Virus record (IMG/VR): IMGVR_UViG_3300026543_000029
Coordinates: 1 to 38,671 of that record
Source of the DNA: a virus
Lineage: Duplodnaviria > Caudoviricetes
Length of the DNA: 38,671 bases
Direction: 5' to 3' (one strand)
A program made the position numbers and the translations under genes. Below are positions 1 through 7,649 of this stretch, piece by piece (the stretch's first letter is position 1; each line of letters starts with the position of its first letter). A model generated the notes under the pieces. It was not told where the DNA came from, searched no databases, and was given only the letters and a program-made list of their open reading frames with translations.

Positions 1-24
1 CTCGGAGATGTGTATAAGAGACAG
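1..24 (+). other. Nextera/Tn5 adapter remnant (library artefact)
   Basis: CTCGG+AGATGTGTATAAGAGACAG is the 3' end of the Nextera read-2 adapter, including the 19-bp Tn5 mosaic end. Confidence 0.97.
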
Positions 25-210
25 TTCATAGATTTCCTGATTCTTGAGGATTTGTGCTATCCATTCTTTTGCTGATTTTTCAGTAGGAAATCGTCTAATA
101 TTTCCTGAAAGAATTACATCATATTGACCAAAAATATGAGTTTTTGAAACAACGTCAGTATGTTCTGGCCTTAATGTTTGGAATTTAAAATCATCTTTAG
201 TTAGTTTCAA
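25..210 (-). CDS. 5' part of a ~100-aa junction-spanning hypothetical protein (LTKDDF family); continues at 38663..38547
   Basis: Manual translation from TTG at 210: MKLTKDDFKF...IAQILKNQEIYE|RLKKRIEE...ELQKILEKDGNTP*. Paralog of 25409..25678. Confidence 0.8.
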
Positions 211-952
211 TCTTGAGCCTCTTTAGCGTAGAATCCAATGTATAGTCATTGTATAGTTTCCCGCCATTAGAGCAATTAACTATTATGTTTTTATCCCATC
301 GCTCTATAAAGTGCCAGAAATCTACTACCCATTCCTGATAAATAATCTGCTCGTATCCTGTACCCTCGTGCTCAAAGCCTAGGATACATATCTTGTCTGC
401 CTCTAGAACCTGCTTGGCATAGCATACACCAAACAGCCCAACATTAGACATTCTTGGCTCGTCATGCGTGATCCAGCGGTATGGCTTGTATTCATGCTCG
501 CGCAGGTGTAGCATGACTACCTCTCTGGTTATAGACGAGCAGATGAACTTGGTCTTGTTCAGGCATATCTTCAGGTTCTCGGTTGTAAAGTATTTGGGAT
601 TTACCCACTTTTCTAGAGTAGCCACATAGTCAGGGATTATTCCATCCCCTACCATCTTATTGAATATCATCTCTGTCGCTATTAGCTTGCCTTTGAATCT
701 CTTTATTTCATCATAATACTTGTAGGTGGATGATCCCCCTCCTATCACTAGGACAGTGTTCTTGGCTGCTATCTTTGTGACCTTCTTATTTTTGTGTCTT
801 GTATAATCCCTCTCTATCTTTAGTTCTTCAATCCTGTCTTGCAGGGCTTGTAAATATTCTACCTCGGTATTGCCACAGGTCTTGCAGTGAGTAACTTCCG
901 ACCTTGTAAGGCCGTTGCCGCCTCTCTTGGGGAATCTTCCCATCTTTACCAC
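197..952 (-). CDS. Maf/DUF115 (MptE-like) family protein, putative nonulosonate transferase, with N-terminal CxxC/coiled-coil extension
   Basis: Motifs VLVIGGGSS, IPDYVATLE, SNVGLFGVCYA, ADKICILGFE, VNCSNGG. Confidence 0.7.
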   Translation of the reverse strand: MVKMGRFPKRGGNGLTRSEVTHCKTCGNTEVEYLQALQDRIEELKIERDYTRHKNKKVTKIAAKNTVLVIGGGSSTYKYYDEIKRFKGKLIATEMIFNKMVGDGIIPDYVATLEKWVNPKYFTTENLKICLNKTKFICSSITREVVMLHLREHEYKPYRWITHDEPRMSNVGLFGVCYAKQVLEADKICILGFEHEGTGYEQIIYQEWVVDFWHFIERWDKNIIVNCSNGGKLYNDYTLDSTLKRLKIETN

Positions 953-965
953 TTGTGTGATAATG

Positions 966-1061
966 TCAAGAGTGTTTTTCCTCTAATAGATATTTACACA
1001 CCAAACATTCTTCTTTGAATTGTCCCCACCATCTTTGACATTTTAAACAATAATAGCCCAA
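966..1061 (-). CDS. Zn-ribbon microprotein (31 aa)
   Basis: MGYYCLKCQRWWGQFKEECLVCKYLLEEKHS; TTG start with GGAG SD; similar to 20078..20203. Confidence 0.55.
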   Translation of the reverse strand: MGYYCLKCQRWWGQFKEECLVCKYLLEEKHS

Positions 1062-1082
1062 TTTAACACTCCTGTGTAACTG

Positions 1083-1814
1083 TCAGGACTCTATCACCAG
1101 ATTTACAAAGTCAGACTCTATTATTTTACTGTTATACAGTACGCCTCCCTGTGTGCAGTTGATTATAAAGCCTGTTGGAAGCTCGTTAATGTATGCTCGC
1201 CAGTCCGTATACCAGTTAAGATATGGATTGCCCTTGTCTCCATCCCAACAGTTCATGCCCATCAGGATAAACCTGTCTACATCCAGTTCATCCTTGGCAA
1301 ACTTGCAGCTAAATATGCCAACGTTGGAGATATTGTATGCTCTGGAACGGTCATACCTGTAGAGCTTCCTGCCAATCTTCTCCATAGAACGATCCATCCA
1401 GTCCCTAGTGATATCAGAGCCTACGACCTGTATGCCGTGCTCCTTTATTGCCTCAAAGTCAAACAGCTTTTCGTTTATCCTCTTGTATGCCTCCTCGTAT
1501 GTTACGATATAATCAGGGATTATGCCCATCTCTATCATTGGAATGGAGCAGACATCCGTAGCTATTACAGGGATCTTGGTGCCCTTTAGTTTTATTGCCT
1601 CTGCTTCCCAGTCTGGTCCATGACCTACTACAATGACAGGATTCTTGCACTGTATAGTGACCTTCCTGTTGTTATTTCTGGTTCTAGCCTCGTTCTCATC
1701 TGCCAGCCTTTGCAGGACAATATCTCGCATATCCATATGATTAATGCCCTGTTTGTTTGCCTCATCCTTCTGGTTCTTTGTGAGATAACCTAGGGCTGTG
1801 AGTTGGCTGGTCAT
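1083..1814 (-). CDS. Maf/DUF115 family protein, paralog 2
   Basis: VIVVGHGP, IATD, IPDYIVTYE, SNVGIFSCKFA, FILMGMN, INCTQGG. Confidence 0.7.
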   Translation of the reverse strand: MTSQLTALGYLTKNQKDEANKQGINHMDMRDIVLQRLADENEARTRNNNRKVTIQCKNPVIVVGHGPDWEAEAIKLKGTKIPVIATDVCSIPMIEMGIIPDYIVTYEEAYKRINEKLFDFEAIKEHGIQVVGSDITRDWMDRSMEKIGRKLYRYDRSRAYNISNVGIFSCKFAKDELDVDRFILMGMNCWDGDKGNPYLNWYTDWRAYINELPTGFIINCTQGGVLYNSKIIESDFVNLVIES

Positions 1815-1840
1815 GTATCGTTAATTCACACTAATCATCA

Positions 1841-2038
1841 TCAATTATGAAATTCCTCTTTGACTGTTTTCATAGCTTCTATTTTCTTCAAAGCAATTTT
1901 TAGAATCTCACTTACTTTGAATCTAGTTATACCTTTATGACTTGTTAGTTTTTGATGTTCATTTACAAAATACTTTCCTTCCTCGTTGTCAGCAAAACAA
2001 ACCCCACAATCTAGACATTGAAAATTATATTCATCCAT
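1841..2038 (-). CDS. Small C2H2-type Zn-finger protein
   Basis: CLDC...HQKLTSH; AT-rich insert. Confidence 0.55.
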   Translation of the reverse strand: MDEYNFQCLDCGVCFADNEEGKYFVNEHQKLTSHKGITRFKVSEILKIALKKIEAMKTVKEEFHN

Positions 2039-2060
2039 GACGATTAATCCTCGCTTGCCA

Positions 2061-2735
2061 TCATAAGTATATCGTCTCCTTGCCAGACTTTAAATCAGTG
2101 GTATCGAGTGTCCACTCTAACTGTATAATTAATCTGTGCCCTGAGATAACGGGAAGTCCCTTGTGCCATCCGTTTGTATCCACAAGATGGATAGACCCCT
2201 TCTCGCCTGTTAAATATATGATATCTGAATAGTTCTCCTCAATGAACTCGTCTGTTACCCTCTGGTGTGCCCTGTACGGTTCAGGATGTATCATGTTGTG
2301 TACAGATCCTGGCACGTATACGTGTGGACCGTTCTCCATTGTTACATCATTCAGGTATAGATACCCCTTGATGAACTTGCTATATGTAGAGTCTTGGTGG
2401 AATTTCTGTCCTCCTTCAGCCTCGTTATGGTTTATAGTCCACCAACAGTTACACTGTGTCTGTATTGGTGTTCCCCCTAGGTATTGTGATACGAGTTTTA
2501 GCATCTGTATATTCTCGCACATCTCTTTTACCTCTGGGATAGCCAGTATAACCTTGTGATCCTTTACCTGGTAGATGTTAGAGTTGGCTGCCTTGAAATC
2601 ATAGCCCTGTACCGTATGGTATCCGTGCCATGACTGGAACTCCATCTGTCCTATCTGTTCCACGATACTATCGCATTTGTTTTCATCAAACGGTTCCAGC
2701 TTGAGATAACCTTGCTCCATCAGTTGTTTATTCAT
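2061..2735 (-). CDS. PhyH-like 2OG-Fe(II) dioxygenase
   Basis: FHQD (HxD), YLNDV..ENGP..YVPGS, distal H in GWHKG, R in HRLIIQ. Confidence 0.85.
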   Translation of the reverse strand: MNKQLMEQGYLKLEPFDENKCDSIVEQIGQMEFQSWHGYHTVQGYDFKAANSNIYQVKDHKVILAIPEVKEMCENIQMLKLVSQYLGGTPIQTQCNCWWTINHNEAEGGQKFHQDSTYSKFIKGYLYLNDVTMENGPHVYVPGSVHNMIHPEPYRAHQRVTDEFIEENYSDIIYLTGEKGSIHLVDTNGWHKGLPVISGHRLIIQLEWTLDTTDLKSGKETIYL

Positions 2736-3205
2736 CAGTATTTGATTCCCGCATCGTCTAGCTTCTGCTGTACCATCTCTCTAAACTCCACAGGCATCTC
2801 ACGACTGGTATTATGAAGGTGTGGAAAGTTGTCCTGCTTCACCACTTCCTCAAATTTGTATACAATGGGTTGTAACTCTAAGAATATGTCTATGTATCTT
2901 TGATAGTTTGATTTTTCTATTATATTTGACACTCCTGTACCATCATAGGACTTGTCGTTATAGCTCAGAAATTCTTCATAATCTCTTGGAGTCGAGGTAA
3001 AATTCCTATAACATGACCATATTCTATCTACTGGATTTCTTACTATGAATACAGGTTTAACATCACCAAGTATGGAACAGTATGTTTCTAGCCCATCTTC
3101 TAAATATGCCTGTTCACTTCTGCCCGTCTCTATCCCTTGATCCATTAGCCATCTTTGTAATGATGATGTACCACACTTTGGAAAACCAACTATACAGTAT
3201 TTCAA
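2735..3205 (-). CDS. Sulfotransferase family protein (probable TTG start at 3205)
   Basis: 5'-PSB motif IVGFPKCGTSSL and 3'-PB motif RNPVDRIWS. The annotated longer start crosses the MCP terminator. Confidence 0.85.
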   Translation of the reverse strand: MKYCIVGFPKCGTSSLQRWLMDQGIETGRSEQAYLEDGLETYCSILGDVKPVFIVRNPVDRIWSCYRNFTSTPRDYEEFLSYNDKSYDGTGVSNIIEKSNYQRYIDIFLELQPIVYKFEEVVKQDNFPHLHNTSREMPVEFREMVQQKLDDAGIKY

Positions 3206-3209
3206 TAAT

Positions 3210-3224
3210 AAAAAAAAGGGAAAA
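3210..3224 (-). terminator. Archaeal-type oligo-T terminator after MCP
   Basis: TTTTCCCTTTTTTTT on the minus strand, about 12 nt after the MCP stop. Confidence 0.65.
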
Positions 3225-3236
3225 TAGGTATTAAGC

Positions 3237-4790
3237 CTATTGTTCTGTAGAAATCCTAACGATCGAGGAAGCATCAATTACACCTGTCTTGGTTCTCCAA
3301 GTTGTGTTTACACGTACTTGATTGTCTTCACCAATGTCATGGAATTTAACGGTAACGTCTCTCTTGACTCCTATACCATAGGAATGCTTTGGAACGAACA
3401 TGTATGCGTTATACGCATCGAATGTCTGGTTGTTTACAGCCTCTATAGCGTTGGTGACAACTAACTGCACTCCCATAAACTCTTCTAACTGTGCTTTGAG
3501 CCAGATGTCTGGTACAGAGCGGGTAGCTAGTGAGGTTACGTTTGAGCTTGTGATTAGTTCTCTCCATTGCTGTGGGTGCATAGCTAGGACTGGTTTGATT
3601 CCACCTCGGAGATATCCCTGATCCTCTAGGTATTCTCTGCCGAATGCTACGCCTGTCTCGTCAAATGGGTCACTGTCAATATCAGATGATGTGATTGTCG
3701 CTCCTGTGTCGCCTCTAATCCATAATCCTGGGGTTAGGGTTCCCTCTGCTGACACTGTGGTCAGCATGTCGGTTGCTACAAAGTCATCATATGATGCAGC
3801 AGCAGCCTCTACTATCGCCTGAAGTAAATCAAATGGTGAGTTTTCAATCTCATCATAGTCACCAATCAGGTATACGCCTGTTATGGTGGATGGTGTTACC
3901 TCTACGCTAGTTAAGGTCTGTGTTGCCTCTGTTGGTGTTGAACCTACAGTCTGTGATCCATTTGCTGGAAGTGTAGTCTTGAAGAATCTGGCTCTATCAA
4001 ATCCTTGCTGGATCTGCTTTACCTTTGCAAACTGAAAGACTGGTACAAAGCTGACTCCACCTGGTACTATTGCGACATCAGTGTCTAAATCCTGAGTAGC
4101 ATGAGTGCCTGAAATGGATACAACCTCTTTTAGTGTCTCCTTGATTACCTTGTTTGGCTGGTTGTATGCCTCCCTGATGTGGAGTGGTGAATTTCTATAC
4201 ACCTCTCGTACACCGTGTGCGCCGTTAGAATTTGCTACAGTAACACTCCTGAAATATTCCAGAGGAATATTAAACTCGTATTTGCCGTAGTTTCTTAGGG
4301 CATTAACATACTCATTAGCAATCTCGTCAATTCTCTTGTATGTGGTAGAACCATCCATACCTACGTGAGCTAATGGTTTTTTGGAAGTCTCGCCAATCAA
4401 TTTCTTCTCTAGGTTTGCGACTTGAGTAGCCATCTTATTGAGAAGTTTTCTCTCAATGCTGGCAGTCTTGTCTGTTCCCTGAGTCTGTCCATCACCTGGG
4501 TCTTTCTGGTCTGTTGGGACACACATTTGTGTAGTTGCATCCCATTTCTCATTGTCTCCGCAGGTTCCTGGATCGACTTGCTGGACATCGCCCAGTGCCG
4601 CTCCGTTCTCTGCTGGAGCCATATCGCCTTGTGTGGATTGAGTCTTAGGGTCTCCTATCTGTTCCGTCTTTGTCTTGGCTACGCACTTGCCTGCTTCCGC
4701 ATCCCATTGCTGGTCTGATCCGCAGTCATGTCCGTTGCCATTTCCGTTATCGTCTTGTTCTTTGTTTTGTTCATTACATGAACATGTCAT
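3237..4790 (-). CDS. Major capsid protein (HK97-like) with long N-terminal scaffold/pro-region
   Basis: C-terminal ~295 aa has typical capsid features (LAMHPQQWRELI, FMGVQLVVT, terminal beta strands). Own promoter and terminator. Lies downstream of portal and protease. Confidence 0.8.
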   Translation of the reverse strand: MTCSCNEQNKEQDDNGNGNGHDCGSDQQWDAEAGKCVAKTKTEQIGDPKTQSTQGDMAPAENGAALGDVQQVDPGTCGDNEKWDATTQMCVPTDQKDPGDGQTQGTDKTASIERKLLNKMATQVANLEKKLIGETSKKPLAHVGMDGSTTYKRIDEIANEYVNALRNYGKYEFNIPLEYFRSVTVANSNGAHGVREVYRNSPLHIREAYNQPNKVIKETLKEVVSISGTHATQDLDTDVAIVPGGVSFVPVFQFAKVKQIQQGFDRARFFKTTLPANGSQTVGSTPTEATQTLTSVEVTPSTITGVYLIGDYDEIENSPFDLLQAIVEAAAASYDDFVATDMLTTVSAEGTLTPGLWIRGDTGATITSSDIDSDPFDETGVAFGREYLEDQGYLRGGIKPVLAMHPQQWRELITSSNVTSLATRSVPDIWLKAQLEEFMGVQLVVTNAIEAVNNQTFDAYNAYMFVPKHSYGIGVKRDVTVKFHDIGEDNQVRVNTTWRTKTGVIDASSIVRISTEQ

Positions 4791-4809
4791 GAGTTAGGAT
4801 TCTGATTTG

Positions 4810-4825
4810 TATATAAAGAGAACTA
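4810..4825 (-). promoter_or_regulatory. MCP promoter: TAGTTCTC + TTTATATA TATA box
   Basis: TATA box at about -27 to -20 from the ATG (leaderless or short leader); motif shared with other late genes. Confidence 0.7.
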
Positions 4826-4955
4826 ATTACAAGTAATGATTATGGTCACCAAGTCCTTATATCTTGGTTTTATGGAATCCTAACCCATAATCACTGTATT
4901 GAGTTCGTCCCCACCAATGTTCCAACAGTCAAACTAATTCATAAGTGTTCTAAAC

Positions 4956-5546
4956 TTACTTTTCTATCAAATAGAATACATGTTCGGGATGGCTGACCTC
5001 TTCTAGCTTCTTGTGTATCTCAAGCTTTGCTGGTTCCATATCAAACATTTTGGGAAAGTTGTCACTGCTGAGGTGCCCCTTCCAGGGCAGTTGTTTGCAT
5101 GTCTCTGAATAGTATTCGTTGCCAAAGATCCATCGCTTGGATAGGGATTTTATCTTCTCTATCACTGTTGGGAGATTGTCTGGGTGTATGTGCATTAGTA
5201 CCCCAAAGGTCATGACCATATCAAAGCGCCTCTTTATGTCAAGGTCTTCAATGGATGATAGATAGAAGGTGGATTCTGGGAATCTGTTACATGCCATATC
5301 TAATGCGAGTTTGTTTACCTCAACACCAGAGATATCGGTAAATCCCATCTCCTTTAGGTGTGCTATAGTTAAGCCCCTGTTACAGCCAAGCTCCAAGAGA
5401 GAGGCATGCCTTGGTATTCCACTGAGGAATCTCTTCAGTATGTCCAGCCTGTAGCCATCTGTGTACTCATGATTCTCAAAGACCGTGTTTCTCTTCGTGT
5501 AATTGTTTCCACCAGAACCTTTCCAAAAGACCTGCTGGCTATTCAT
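4956..5546 (-). CDS. Pseudaminic-acid-biosynthesis-associated class I SAM methyltransferase
   Basis: N-terminal QQVFWKGSGGNNYTKRN, motif I LELGCNRG, GVLMHIHPDNL, EYYS. Probable ATG at 5546. Confidence 0.8.
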   Translation of the reverse strand: MNSQQVFWKGSGGNNYTKRNTVFENHEYTDGYRLDILKRFLSGIPRHASLLELGCNRGLTIAHLKEMGFTDISGVEVNKLALDMACNRFPESTFYLSSIEDLDIKRRFDMVMTFGVLMHIHPDNLPTVIEKIKSLSKRWIFGNEYYSETCKQLPWKGHLSSDNFPKMFDMEPAKLEIHKKLEEVSHPEHVFYLIEK

Positions 5547-6525
5547 GCTTCCTGAACTTGTCACAGAGTTTATCAAACTCTTCTCTGGTTATCTCGATCT
5601 CCTTAAGGTACTCAGCTAGATATTTGGTGGGCAGCTTACCGTCATATTTTTCTACCATCTTCATACCCTGCTCCCTAGTCATTCTACCTTGGTGTACTGC
5701 TATGCTTGCCTGGTCTGTGGCTCTGCCGTAGCCATACTTTAGGTATTTGAAATAATCATGGAATACGACAAACTTGGTATCTAAATTCTCATAGTCCTCA
5801 AATGCCCACTCCATTGGTCCGTCATTGGTACAAAAACCGTATTGCTTCATCAGCTTGACCTGCTCGTAGGCATTCCATTTGATATAGTCACCCAGAAATA
5901 TCGACCTTACATAGGGAAATTTTTGCCAGCTATACACAGGTGAGTCTGGAAGGCAGGACTCTTTCTTGAACAGACATTCCTCAAACTGGTCGTCCTTTAT
6001 TGGAGTGCCACCGTACTCTAGTGTCGGGTTCTCTGCCCACACTATCAGGGGGATGTTGAACTTGTCTGCGATAAGCATGGGTATACTGACTATTCCCAGA
6101 TGCTCAGGATACGCGTGATCCCCTAGCTCGTGTAGCCCCTGCCTCTGTAATGCGTGATACTCTGAGGGCTTGCCATAGAACTCTATACAGTCCACATCAA
6201 AGGTCTTCTTTATGTTCTCCAAGTTTTTTCTGCCAAGCGGTGTCTGGTCAATAGGGATAAACGAGACTAGAAGAGGGTTCATCTCATGCATTTCTTTTAA
6301 TATATATGTGATATAATGGGAGTCCTTCCCGCCTGATACTGGAATGACACAGTCCCAGTATTTGTCGTTCCTGTATATATCGAGAATCTGCTTTAATGAG
6401 CTTGCCCTCTTATCCCAGTCTATATCGTTCTTACCCTCATGGTATAGGCATGCAGAACAGACTCCGTCTGTAAACTCTAGGTCAGGCTTACTAGTTGGGT
6501 AGAGACATCTGGTACATCTCTTCAT
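5539..6525 (-). CDS. N-acetyl sugar amidotransferase (PseA/WbuX-like, PP-loop)
   Basis: CTRC..P.SKP....GVCSAC, DCVIPVSGGKDS, HDYFKYLKYGYGRATDQAS. Confidence 0.9.
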   Translation of the reverse strand: MKRCTRCLYPTSKPDLEFTDGVCSACLYHEGKNDIDWDKRASSLKQILDIYRNDKYWDCVIPVSGGKDSHYITYILKEMHEMNPLLVSFIPIDQTPLGRKNLENIKKTFDVDCIEFYGKPSEYHALQRQGLHELGDHAYPEHLGIVSIPMLIADKFNIPLIVWAENPTLEYGGTPIKDDQFEECLFKKESCLPDSPVYSWQKFPYVRSIFLGDYIKWNAYEQVKLMKQYGFCTNDGPMEWAFEDYENLDTKFVVFHDYFKYLKYGYGRATDQASIAVHQGRMTREQGMKMVEKYDGKLPTKYLAEYLKEIEITREEFDKLCDKFRKHE

Positions 6526-6550
6526 TGATTAAAAATCTGGATGATGGTTA

Positions 6551-6961
6551 TTATAGATTTTCTTTGGGAATCCTAAAGGTATACTGGACTAGCTTGCCTC
6601 CAAACTTGTTCTTTGCCAGATGTAGTCCTATCTTGTTTGCTGGGTTGATGTTGGCGTAATAGTATTTCTTTGGATGCAGCTTTGCCATCTCCCTCATCGC
6701 CTCTGTTCCCAGTCCCTTGTTCTGGTACTCCTTTTTGATAAAATAGCCCCACTCGCATTTTTTTGTCAGGTAGATGTTGCCTACCCTCATGTTATTCTCC
6801 CCAATGATATACCACGCCTCATAGGGCATGGAGTTACAAAACCTGACATGCTGGTTCCATGTGGGCATCTCAAATGATATCGACTGCTCAGGGGTTCGCT
6901 CCTTTAGCATGTCATACATGAACTGATAGTCATCCCTTTGTACAGGTCTTAGATTTACCAC
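6551..6961 (-). CDS. GNAT (RimJ/PseH-like) N-acetyltransferase
   Basis: LRPV...D, acetyl-CoA motif YQNKGLGT, NPAN. Confidence 0.85.
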   Translation of the reverse strand: MVNLRPVQRDDYQFMYDMLKERTPEQSISFEMPTWNQHVRFCNSMPYEAWYIIGENNMRVGNIYLTKKCEWGYFIKKEYQNKGLGTEAMREMAKLHPKKYYYANINPANKIGLHLAKNKFGGKLVQYTFRIPKENL

Positions 6962-6992
6962 ACTTTTTTACTAGTAGGGAAATAATTAAACA

Positions 6993-7649
6993 ATGACATT
7001 CTTTGTAGCTGAGATAGGAAGTAATTGGAATGGGGATTTACAGAAGGCAAAGCAAATTGTATCAGAGTGCAAGACTGCTGGTGCGGATGCCGTCAAGTTT
7101 CAGATGTGGCGAGCTGATGACCTGTATGAAGGCAAGTACAAGGAATACGAACTGACCTTTGAGAAGGCTGAGAAGATAAAAAAATACTGTGATCATATAG
7201 GTATAGAGTTCTTCTGCTCGGTATTCTATCCTGAGGCTGTGGCTTTTCTAGAAACTCTGGGAGTAAAACGATACAAGATAGGTTCTAGGACATTCAAGAT
7301 GGAAGATCCGTTTTCAAAAGAGACTATTGATGCAATTATTGAGAACACCCCTAAACCAGTTATCTATAGTAATGGATTCAATCAGCGTGTAGGATTTGAG
7401 GGTGGTAGAGAATTATACTGTATACCTGAATATCCTGCTGACCCATCTGATATAGACTGGGAATTATTAAAAACTAGAAAAGGATTTAGTGACCACACTC
7501 TAGGGATAGAACAATCTCTAAAGTATTGCAAGATGAAGCCTGATGGCATTCTAGAAAAACATGTCAAGACTGTTGGCTCTCATGGACCAGACGTGGAGTT
7601 CTCCATTACCACTCAGGAGTTAGCTGACTTGATAACCCAGTCCACCTGA
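6993..7649 (+). CDS. neuB: Nonulosonic acid synthase (NeuB/PseI family), lacking the C-terminal SAF domain
   Basis: FVAEIGSNWNGD, GADAVKFQ, YKIGS, GFSDHT, LEKH, GPD..FS. Confidence 0.9.
   Translation: MTFFVAEIGSNWNGDLQKAKQIVSECKTAGADAVKFQMWRADDLYEGKYKEYELTFEKAEKIKKYCDHIGIEFFCSVFYPEAVAFLETLGVKRYKIGSRTFKMEDPFSKETIDAIIENTPKPVIYSNGFNQRVGFEGGRELYCIPEYPADPSDIDWELLKTRKGFSDHTLGIEQSLKYCKMKPDGILEKHVKTVGSHGPDVEFSITTQELADLITQST

Noticed and set aside
1-24. Possible transposon end
   Set aside because: It matches the Nextera adapter including the CTCGG flank, so it is a library artefact
3206-3277. Annotated N-terminal extension of the sulfotransferase (FPFFLLL)
   Set aside because: It is a translation of the MCP 3' end and oligo-T terminator; the conserved motif starts just after TTG 3205
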